A DNA stretch of 12,709 nt from Spirulina sp. Lineage in GTDB: Bacteria > Cyanobacteriota > Cyanobacteriia > Phormidesmidales > Phormidesmidaceae. The stretch covers positions 1 through 12,709 of the forward strand of contig JBIPSI010000061.1 in NCBI GenBank assembly GCA_044070495.1. Reading direction: 5' to 3'. The notes under the pieces are model-generated. The model had not been told where the DNA came from. It did no database searches and worked only from the letters and a program-made list of their open reading frames with translations. This document shows, piece by piece, positions 6,583 to 12,709 of the stretch; the first letter of the stretch is position 1; the number at the start of each line of letters is the position of its first letter. The translations under genes were made by a program, and so were the position numbers.

Positions 6583-7182
6583 CTAGGTGTTTTGGAGGGC
6601 AGCGGCGAGGAGATGACGGGCCACATCGAACCCCTGGCGCAGGCGGTCGGTGTCTTGGTAGAGTTTGCCCATCAGCATGGCTCCCTCTAGGACGGTCATA
6701 ATTTGGCCCGCGAGAATTTGTGGATCAACGCTTGGTTTAAGGTGTCCCTGATCCCGCGCCTGGATTAAGCGTTCGGCAATGGCCCCTTCCCACTGGCTGA
6801 AAATTTGAACGAGGTGTTCCCGAAAGCTCGGATCCTGTTCAGCTAAATCAACAATTAAGTTACCCAGCAAACATCCGCCACAAAAGGGTTCTTTATGCTG
6901 TTTTTTCTCTAGGAAATCTATAATCCAGAGTAGTTGTTCAATGGGAGAATCACTCTGCTGCTGGGAAGGCTCCAGGATATTAGTTTTCAACTTTTCCCAC
7001 TCAAAATCAATCAGGGCATGGCCAAGCTCTTGTTTGGAGGAAAAGTAGTTATAAAAACTGCCCGACGACGCGCCACTGAGGTCAAAAAGCTTGCTCAACC
7101 CAGTGGCCGTTAACCCGTTGCGATGAACGGTATTAATCACCGATTCCAGAATGTCTTCGCGTGTACGCTTGAGGTTTACCAT
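6583..7182 (-). CDS. TetR/AcrR-family transcriptional regulator, NemR/LmrA/YxaF-like
   Basis: N-terminal HTH TREDILES...GLTATGLSKLFDLSGASSGSFYNYFSSKQELG and the subfamily motif GCLLGNL (here CGGCLLGNL). Confidence 0.92.
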   Translation of the reverse strand: MVNLKRTREDILESVINTVHRNGLTATGLSKLFDLSGASSGSFYNYFSSKQELGHALIDFEWEKLKTNILEPSQQQSDSPIEQLLWIIDFLEKKQHKEPFCGGCLLGNLIVDLAEQDPSFREHLVQIFSQWEGAIAERLIQARDQGHLKPSVDPQILAGQIMTVLEGAMLMGKLYQDTDRLRQGFDVARHLLAAALQNT

Positions 7183-7243
7183 AATTCACCCGATACCAGG
7201 TCGGTTTCGCTTAACGATATCCTAAATTCAACAACACTCCAGA

Positions 7244-7319
7244 GATCCCCCTAAATCCCCCTTGCCAAGGGGGACTTTAACTCCAGCTCCCCCCTTGGCA
7301 AGGGGGGCTAGGGGGGATC
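7244..7319. repeat. GC-rich palindromic dispersed repeat of a type common in cyanobacterial intergenic regions
   Basis: GATCCCCCTAAATCCCCCTTGCCAAGGGGGACTT...CCCCCCTTGGCAAGGGGGGCTAGGGGGGATC: two internal hairpins inside a larger inverted repeat. Confidence 0.8.
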
Positions 7320-7347
7320 AATCCCCGCCAGATGAGCGTCACAAGAC

Positions 7348-8436
7348 CTAGGAACGCTCGAAGGTGGCGAGGGCAGAACAGGCTCCACATTTGGCGCAGC
7401 CTGCGTTGATGGTGTCTGAGGTCATTCCAGCGGCTTGCAGCAGGTTTCCCACCTGTTGATAGAGGGTAAACATGAAGTCAGCACTGGGGGCGGGGTGGTG
7501 GGCGAGGGGCGTTTCGGAGATGGGCACAAAGGGCACCACAAAGGGATAGACGCCCAGGCGAATTAGGCGTTCGCTGGTGTCAACGAGGGTTTCTAGGCTG
7601 TCCCCCAGCCCCGCCAGCAGGTAGGTGCTCACTTGGCCCCAGCCGAAGACCTCCACAGCGGCCTCAAAGGCTTCAAAGTAGTAGGATACGGGCACTTCGG
7701 CCTTGCCGGGCATGATTCGCGCCCGAACGGGTTCCTCCACCGCTTCCAGGTGCATTCCCAGGCTGTCGATGCCTGCGTCTTTCATGCGTTGGAACCAGAC
7801 AAAATCGTCGGGGGGTTCGCACTGGGCCTGGATTGGCAGGGGCACACGGGCTTTGATGGCGCGGGCGCATTCACTCAGGTAGGCAGCCCCGCGATCCTTG
7901 GAATTGGGTGTTCCGGTGGTCATAATCATGTGCGTCACCCCGTCGAGGCGCACGGCGGCTTCGGCCACTTCTGCCAGTTGGTCTGGGGTTTTGCGGGCAA
8001 TGGTGCGGTCTGCCGCCAAGGATTTTTCGATGGCGCAAAACTGGCAGGCGGTAGACTCATCCCGGTAGCGCATACAGGTTTGCTGCACGGTGGTCGCCAA
8101 CACATCATGGCTGTGGAGCAGGGCAATTTTCCAGTAGGGGATGCCGTCGGCGGTGGAAAGCCCGTAGAACTGGGGCGCTTTGGGAAAGGAAATCGACCCG
8201 ATGGGCTGATGATCGTAGGTCAGATGGCCCTGATCTGGGCCGCAGGGTTCCACCGCATAGGGCGACTGGTGGGCCGTATCGGTGTAGATCGGCACCATAA
8301 TCGTGCGGCCATCAATGGTAACAGCCTTGTGATCCGATGGCCCTGCGCCGCCCTTGCGTCCGGCTACACCAGGGGTTGTGTCGGGCAATTGCAGGCCACG
8401 GGTTTGCAGTTCTGTCATTAACCGTTGGGGTTCCAT
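7348..8436 (-). CDS. nitD: Radical SAM protein, MSMEG_0568/Sll0785 (Nit1C) family
   Basis: GRKGGAGPSDH, DVLATTV, Cys motif CMRYRDESTACQFC (CX9CX2C) and C-terminal GCAKCGACS. The start is moved to ATG 8436 (MEPQRLMTELQ; ATG 8442 is an alternative) because the ORF-track extension to 8580 runs through a REP element. Confidence 0.9.
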   Translation of the reverse strand: MEPQRLMTELQTRGLQLPDTTPGVAGRKGGAGPSDHKAVTIDGRTIMVPIYTDTAHQSPYAVEPCGPDQGHLTYDHQPIGSISFPKAPQFYGLSTADGIPYWKIALLHSHDVLATTVQQTCMRYRDESTACQFCAIEKSLAADRTIARKTPDQLAEVAEAAVRLDGVTHMIMTTGTPNSKDRGAAYLSECARAIKARVPLPIQAQCEPPDDFVWFQRMKDAGIDSLGMHLEAVEEPVRARIMPGKAEVPVSYYFEAFEAAVEVFGWGQVSTYLLAGLGDSLETLVDTSERLIRLGVYPFVVPFVPISETPLAHHPAPSADFMFTLYQQVGNLLQAAGMTSDTINAGCAKCGACSALATFERS

Positions 8437-8474
8437 GGGCATCACAAAAAATGAATAAAACGATCCTGAAATAG

Positions 8475-8589
8475 CTGACCTAATACCGAAAAATTCTGAT
8501 ATTTCGTAGGTTGGGTGGCGCGATAGCAGAACCCAACAAAATCCTTCTTCTCGTGAGTGTTGGGTTCCGCTTCGCTGCACCCAACCTAC
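8475..8589. repeat. REP doublet family B (8506-8589) with a 31-bp CTGAC leader
   Basis: GTAGGTTGGGTGGCGCGATAGCAGAACCCAACA (8506-8538), spacer, then TGTTGGGTTCCGCTTCGCTGCACCCAACCTAC (8558-8589). Leader 8475-8505 matches 9808-9838 at 19/31 positions. Confidence 0.85.
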
Positions 8590-8594
8590 CTTGG

Positions 8595-9635
8595 CTAAGG
8601 CTCAGGGAAAATAGATTCCGGTAGCGGGAACGGCACTATTGGCGCGGCGGCTTCTGAAGAGTTGTGCTCGGAAGGATTAGGCGCAACGAAATCAGGCGAT
8701 TGGGCCATAGGCTGCATTACTGACCAGGCTTTTTGATTGACCTGAAGCTGAAGCAAATCCGGGCGGGCATAGTGGCCAACGGAATCCATCATGCGTTTGC
8801 GTACCCAAATGTCACGTAGGTCTAAATCCGCAATCACTAAGCCTTCGCCTTCGGTTAAGGGCGTACCCATAATTTCGCCCTTGGGGTTAATAATCGCTGT
8901 AAAACAGCCGCCGCTCAGCGCTTTATGATAGGACTCATCGGCGGTAATTTGTTGCTTTTGTTCTGGCGTTAGCCAGCCCGTGGCATTCACCACAAAACAG
9001 CCCGATTCTAGGGCATGGTGGCGAATAGTGACCTCCATTTGGTCAGCAAAAATCTGCCCCACCATTGACCCTGGAAACTGACTACAGTGAATTTGCTCCT
9101 GCTGGGCCATCAGGCTATAGCGAGCCAGGGGGTTGTAATGTTCCCAACAGGCCAGGGCACCGACTCGGCCCACGGCGGTATCCACGGTGCGCAGTCCGGC
9201 CCCATCGCCATTGCCCCACACCATGCGTTCGTGGTAAGTGGGGGTGATTTTTCGCCGCTTTAGCAACAGGGTGCCATCGGCATCAAAGATAAGTTGGGTG
9301 TTGTAAATCGAGCCGCCATCTCGCTCGTTAATTCCCAGCACTATCACCATGCCATAGGAACGTGCTGCCCGACTGACGGCATCCACTATTGGCCCCGGCA
9401 CCGTCACCGCTTCTTCGTAGAGTTTGAGGTGAGCCGCCCCCATTTTCATCGGCGGTTCAATAAACGAAAAATAGGGGTAGTAGGGAATGAAGGTTTCTGG
9501 GAAAACGATCAGTTGAACGCCCTCTTTTGCCGCTGATGCAATGGCATCCAGGACTTTTTCTGTCGTACCTTCTCGGCTAAATAGTACGGGACTAATCTGG
9601 GCAGCGGCAGCTCGAATCGTTTGGGAATAATCCAT
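8595..9635 (-). CDS. nitC: Nitrilase, Nit1C / Sll0784 (Nit6803-like) family
   Basis: Catalytic triad contexts VFPETF (Glu), [11 protein letters not shown] (Lys) and LACWEHYNP (Cys), plus [13 protein letters not shown]. Directly upstream of the Nit1C radical SAM gene. Confidence 0.95.
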   Translation of the reverse strand: MDYSQTIRAAAAQISPVLFSREGTTEKVLDAIASAAKEGVQLIVFPETFIPYYPYFSFIEPPMKMGAAHLKLYEEAVTVPGPIVDAVSRAARSYGMVIVLGINERDGGSIYNTQLIFDADGTLLLKRRKITPTYHERMVWGNGDGAGLRTVDTAVGRVGALACWEHYNPLARYSLMAQQEQIHCSQFPGSMVGQIFADQMEVTIRHHALESGCFVVNATGWLTPEQKQQITADESYHKALSGGCFTAIINPKGEIMGTPLTEGEGLVIADLDLRDIWVRKRMMDSVGHYARPDLLQLQVNQKAWSVMQPMAQSPDFVAPNPSEHNSSEAAAPIVPFPLPESIFPEP

Positions 9636-9724
9636 GGTTAATCAATACCCTGGGACGATAACGCAATAGAAAACTAAACAGATCGGCAGAATTTTGTATC
9701 GATGAAAGTTGAAATCCAAATTGC

Positions 9725-9787
9725 CTGACACAAGGCCAAAAATTGTTGATATCTGGCGGGTTAAGTGGCCAACGGCAGAACCCAATA
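9725..9787. repeat. Decayed copy of leader + REP family B left arm
   Basis: CTGACACAAGGCCAAAAATTGTTGAT...GTGGCCAACGGCAGAACCCAATA aligns colinearly with 9808-9871 (offset 83 bp). Confidence 0.65.
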
Positions 9788-9807
9788 AGCTCTAACGCCC
9801 TGGCGGA

Positions 9808-9938
9808 CTGACACAACGCCGAAAAGCCTTGATCCCCCGTAGGTTGGGTGGCGCGATAGCAGAACCCAACAAGCCCAAAATCCTCGGCGAATGTTGGGTT
9901 CCGCTTCGCTGCATCCAACCTACTTTGGAGATGTGTCA
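9808..9938. repeat. REP doublet family B (9839-9923) inside a TGACACA...TGTGTCA inverted-repeat frame
   Basis: The left arm is identical to 8506-8538. The right arm has 1 mismatch to 8558-8589 and the spacer differs. TGACACA at 9809-9815 and TGTGTCA at 9932-9938. Confidence 0.85.
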
Positions 9939-10161
9939 AGCAATCAGCCTAAAGCCTTGGTGAGTGATGACCGAGACTTTAATGCGTTCGCCTGACACGA
10001 TTCCCGTCTAGTGGGCCTTGGGCTGCCAATTTTTGGGTTGCCAGTTCAAAACCTTATTGCCGAGTCAGTCGCCATCATATGACCAATATTCGACGACTAA
10101 CCATATTTCACGCCCCACCAGAGGGCCTACCAAGCGGCCCACCCCATGTCTGACCAACCAG

Positions 10162-10193
10162 GCCGAATCCGCGATGTGCCGAATCCGCGATGT
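10162..10193. repeat. Perfect 16-bp tandem duplication
   Basis: GCCGAATCCGCGATGT x2. Confidence 0.9.
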
Positions 10194-10251
10194 TTTTACG
10201 CCCAAGGCTGCCCCGACATTAGGACATTACCCCGCCAATACCGCTAGATTC

Positions 10252-10293
10252 GTATCCATGGATACAGTTTATCGGGGATAGGTTACCTAGATT
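10252..10293 (+). promoter_or_regulatory. Canonical NtcA-activated promoter for the OsmC-like/ACAD/ABC operon
   Basis: Fully palindromic GTATCCATGGATAC (10252-10265, GTA-N8-TAC), then exactly 22 nt, then TAGATT (TAN3T, 10288-10293). Confidence 0.85.
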
Positions 10294-10314
10294 TGATTTA
10301 GATAGACTTTTCTA
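10293..10314. promoter_or_regulatory. Candidate TetR operator 2, overlapping the predicted transcription start
   Basis: TTGATTTAGA-TAGACTTT-TCTA has 14 fixed positions identical to 1094-1115. Confidence 0.6.
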
Positions 10315-10326
10315 TTTGGTAGAGCT

Positions 10327-10848
10327 ATGTCAGACGCAACGACGACCCTAACGCCCATTTCCGTAGATGGCTTGAAGGACTTGGGGGAAAAGAACCGCGC
10401 CAACCCCGCCGACAAGACCCTGAAGGTAAAAACCGTCTGCGAAGGCAAGTTTCGCAGCCTGAATTACGCCCGCGACCTAGACGCCTTTGTGATTGACGAA
10501 CCCCCCGGTTTGCTGGGCGACAACACCGCCCCCAACCCCTCGGAAATTGTGCTTGGGGCCTTTGGATCCTGTCTGGCCGTAGGTTTGCAGGCTAACGCAG
10601 CGGCGCGGGGCATCACCCTCACCAAGCTGGAAATTTCCCTGGAGGGCGACATCAATATCACCAGCACTTGGGGCACCGGAGAACTGGCCAAGCCCCAGAT
10701 TGGCTTCACCGATGTGCGCGTCAAGGTAGACATCGACGGCGATGCCCCCAAGGAAGTGCTGGCGGAAATGGTGGCCCACGCTAATGAGTGGTCCCCCGTT
10801 TCGGCCACCCTGCGCAACCCCATGCCCGTTTCCGTGGAAATGGTCTAA
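10327..10848 (+). CDS. OsmC/Ohr-family protein
   Basis: IDEPPGLLGDNTAPNPSEIVLGAFGSC motif and C-terminal SPVSATLRNP (CPV-equivalent position). Confidence 0.88.
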   Translation: MSDATTTLTPISVDGLKDLGEKNRANPADKTLKVKTVCEGKFRSLNYARDLDAFVIDEPPGLLGDNTAPNPSEIVLGAFGSCLAVGLQANAAARGITLTKLEISLEGDINITSTWGTGELAKPQIGFTDVRVKVDIDGDAPKEVLAEMVAHANEWSPVSATLRNPMPVSVEMV

Positions 10849-10878
10849 CCTTACTCCCCCTGGGTTTAGACCCAATCC

Positions 10879-10965
10879 GTAGGGGCGAGGTCTCCTCGCC
10901 CCAGCCGTCTTCACCCCAACCGTCTTCGCCCTAATTGTTCTCGTCCTAACCGTTCTCGCCCTAAC
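10879..10965 (+). repeat. GTAG-type REP (third family) followed by a degenerate 15-bp tandem array
   Basis: GTAGGGGCGAGGTCTCCTCGCCCC (10879-10902), then AGCCGTCTTCACCCC / AACCGTCTTCGCCCT / AATTGTTCTCGTCCT / AACCGTTCTCGCCCT / AAC. Confidence 0.8.
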
Positions 10966-11191
10966 TGGCGGGTGGATGGCCTGACCAGCCCTATTCCTGC
11001 CCGCTGTCTGCTCCCAAAGGTGAGTTAATCTTCCTCCTTGACCTGGCTTGTTTCCCTTGGCCCCATGCTGCCTGTGCCCCCTTAGTCAGGTGCAACTCCA
11101 CCCAAACTGTGTGCTAGAAGTCTGATTTTTCCTAGCTTCTGGCCTAAGAATACGTCACGATAACCTCAGGCCAACATCATCCTTTCGACTA

Positions 11192-12349
11192 ATGCAAACA
11201 CTCCAAACCGCACCGTTAAAAAATGCCTCGCTGACCCATGAATCAGCCGTTGCTGCCGTTCGGTCGGTGGTGCAGGAGGCCCTAACGCCCAAGGTGCAAG
11301 ATATTGACCTCAAGGGCGAGTACCCAGCGGAAATTTTGGCGCAATTAGGTGAGGCCGGAGCCTTTGCCCATGCCGTATCTCCTGAATTTGGCGGCACGGG
11401 GCTGGGGCTGCGAGCCACCATTCAAGCCATCGAAGAAGTATCCAAGGCCTGCGTTTCCACAGGATTTATGACCTGGTGCCAGGTGGCCTGTACTTGGTAT
11501 TTGCAAAAGACCGATAATACAGCCCTCGCCTCAACGATGCTGCCGGAGATTGTCTCCGGACAAAAGCTAGCCGGAACGGGGCTGTCTAACCCGATGAAGC
11601 ACTTTGCTGACATCGAAAAAATTGCCCTGACGGCGGTGCCCGTGGAGGGTGGCTTTGAAATTAGCGGCTTACTACCCTGGGTATCTAACCTGGGGCCAGG
11701 GCATGAGTTTGGGGTGGCCGCCAAAATTGCCGACAGCGATGAGTATCTCATGGCGGTGGTGTCCGATGCTTTGGAGGGCCTGACCCTGCGCTGTAATGCC
11801 CACTTCATCGCCCTAGAGGGGACGGGTACCTATAGCTGCGTGTTCCGCCAGGTGTTTGTGCCCCACAGCCGCGTGTTGGCCGCCCCCTGCGAAACCTATG
11901 TGCGCTGCATTCGTCCCGGTTTTATCCTCACCCAGGTGGGCATGGGCTTGGGGTTGGCAGAAAGCTGCATTGAGCTGATTCGCCGCTCCAACCAACGCCT
12001 GGGCCATGTGAATCAGTTTTTGGACGACCAAGCCGACGACCTGGCTATGGATTTGCAAACCGCCCGCGAACGCACCTACGCCCTGGCGGATCGTTTGGAC
12101 GGCTGCACCGGAGCCGTGGAAGATGTGGCACTGATGCGGGAAGTAATCCAGGCCCGCATTGCTGGGTCAGAGTTATCACTACGGGCGGCCCAGTCGGTCA
12201 TGCTCCACGCCGGAGCCCGCGCCTACGTCCATGGCAGCGCCCCAGAACGCAAACTGCGGGAAGCCTACTTTGTGGCCATTGTCACCCCCGCCCTCAAGCA
12301 CCTGAAAAAAATGCTCCACGCCCTGCCAGAACCCGCCCTCCTGGCCTAA
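11192..12349 (+). CDS. Acyl-CoA dehydrogenase-fold flavoprotein (possibly a flavin-dependent monooxygenase)
   Basis: ACAD-fold elements: IDLKGEYP, SPEFGGTGLG, IEEVSKACVSTGF, LPWVSN, FRQVFVP and HAGARAY...ERKLREA. Confidence 0.85.
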   Translation: MQTLQTAPLKNASLTHESAVAAVRSVVQEALTPKVQDIDLKGEYPAEILAQLGEAGAFAHAVSPEFGGTGLGLRATIQAIEEVSKACVSTGFMTWCQVACTWYLQKTDNTALASTMLPEIVSGQKLAGTGLSNPMKHFADIEKIALTAVPVEGGFEISGLLPWVSNLGPGHEFGVAAKIADSDEYLMAVVSDALEGLTLRCNAHFIALEGTGTYSCVFRQVFVPHSRVLAAPCETYVRCIRPGFILTQVGMGLGLAESCIELIRRSNQRLGHVNQFLDDQADDLAMDLQTARERTYALADRLDGCTGAVEDVALMREVIQARIAGSELSLRAAQSVMLHAGARAYVHGSAPERKLREAYFVAIVTPALKHLKKMLHALPEPALLA

Positions 12350-12362
12350 GTAGGGGATCTCA

Positions 12363-12397
12363 GTTGGGGGCAGTCTGTCTGTGGACGGCCCCCCAAC
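12363..12397 (+). other. Intercistronic GC-rich stem-loop
   Basis: GTTGGGGGC...GCCCCCCAAC with an inner GTC/GAC pair. No T-tract follows, so it is more likely an mRNA stabiliser than a terminator. Confidence 0.5.
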
Positions 12398-12445
12398 CCA
12401 CCGTTCCGCCCCTTGCCGTCTTTCCGCCGCCTTTGGTAGACCCCC

Positions 12446-12709
12446 ATGAGCACCACTCCTGCAAACAGTTATCTTTCGGCGGATGCGCCCTCGCCCACGG
12501 CGCAGCTATCCATCCGTCAGGTTGCCAAGGTGTTTCCGGGTAAGCGTGGCCTGATTAACAAACTCTCTGGCAAAACCAGCCGCGATTTTGTGGCCATCCA
12601 AGACATTAATTTGGAAATCGAACCGAATACCTTCGTGTCGATTATTGGCCCCTCCGGCTGCGGTAAATCTACCCTGCTGAACATGATCGCGGGCCTCAGC
12701 CCGATCAGC
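12446..12709 (+). CDS. NrtD/SsuB/TauB-type ABC transporter ATP-binding protein, N-terminal part (runs off window; absent from ORF track)
   Basis: My translation from ATG 12446: MSTTPANSY...[10 protein letters not shown]...[37 protein letters not shown], containing Walker [10 protein letters not shown]. Confidence 0.92.
   Translation, partial: MSTTPANSYLSADAPSPTAQLSIRQVAKVFPGKRGLINKLSGKTSRDFVAIQDINLEIEPNTFVSIIGPSGCGKSTLLNMIAGLSPIS

Noticed and set aside
7633..8421. 262-aa plus-strand ORF
   Set aside because: Antisense shadow of the radical SAM gene in GC-rich coding DNA, with a non-ATG start and no recognisable motifs.
8437..8580. 48-codon N-terminal extension of the radical SAM ORF in the ORF track
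   Set aside because: It runs through the REP doublet and its leader. Family-like sequence begins at MEPQRLMTELQ (ATG 8436).
2896..8589. Inversion between oppositely oriented REP-B copies as the cause of the split Nit1C cluster
   Set aside because: Reversing this segment does not restore the canonical nitC-nitD-nitE order.
9665..9709. Possible NtcA box and operator upstream of nitC
   Set aside because: Only half-sites are present (TGTA at 9695-9698; AATAGAAAA at 9665-9673). Neither GTA-N8-TAC nor TAGA-N8-TCTA is complete.
8506..9923. Repeat-spacer-repeat units resembling a CRISPR array
   Set aside because: The arms are inverted rather than direct, the units are dispersed, they begin with GTAG like REPs, and no cas genes are present.
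9592..10281. ORFs 9592-9939 (-) and 10018-10281 (+) as candidate nitB or precursor peptides
   Set aside because: Non-ATG starts, they cross REP, tandem-repeat and promoter DNA, and they show no resemblance to Sll0783/NitB or a recognisable RiPP precursor.
10464..12058. Antisense ORFs over the OsmC-like and ACAD genes, and similar short overlapping ORFs elsewhere
   Set aside because: They are reverse-frame shadows of well-supported genes and carry no independent coding signal.

Overview
Cyanobacterial window holding a nitrogen-scavenging locus for cyano-type compounds. The host is inferred from NtcA boxes, NrtA/NrtD-type ABC genes and typical dispersed palindromic repeats. Plus strand, left to right: the 3' end of an NrtD/CynD-type ABC ATPase, cyanase cynS, an unusual Cys-rich NrtA/CmpA-family binding protein, then Nit1C (MSMEG_0565-0572 / sll0783-0787-like) genes for a GNAT, an AIR-synthase-like protein and a glycosyltransferase. 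Converging on the minus strand: nitrilase, radical SAM, a NemR/YxaF-like TetR regulator and a PD-(D/E)XK coiled-coil gene. Divergent from the nitrilase: an OsmC-like gene, an acyl-CoA-dehydrogenase-fold flavoprotein and a second NrtD-like ATPase (truncated by the window edge). Two promoters ~9.2 kb apart each combine a perfect NtcA box with the same TTGATTTAGA-N8-TCTA motif, a candidate operator for the local TetR. Intergenic regions are crowded with small mobile repeats: three GTAG-type REP families, a 131-bp MITE with a TAA target duplication, and a GC-rich palindromic repeat. The most interesting hypothesis is an NtcA+TetR co-regulated module (Cys-cleft binding protein, OsmC-like protein, ACAD-fold oxygenase) that feeds cyanase/Nit1C. 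All family calls come from motif recognition, not from database searches.
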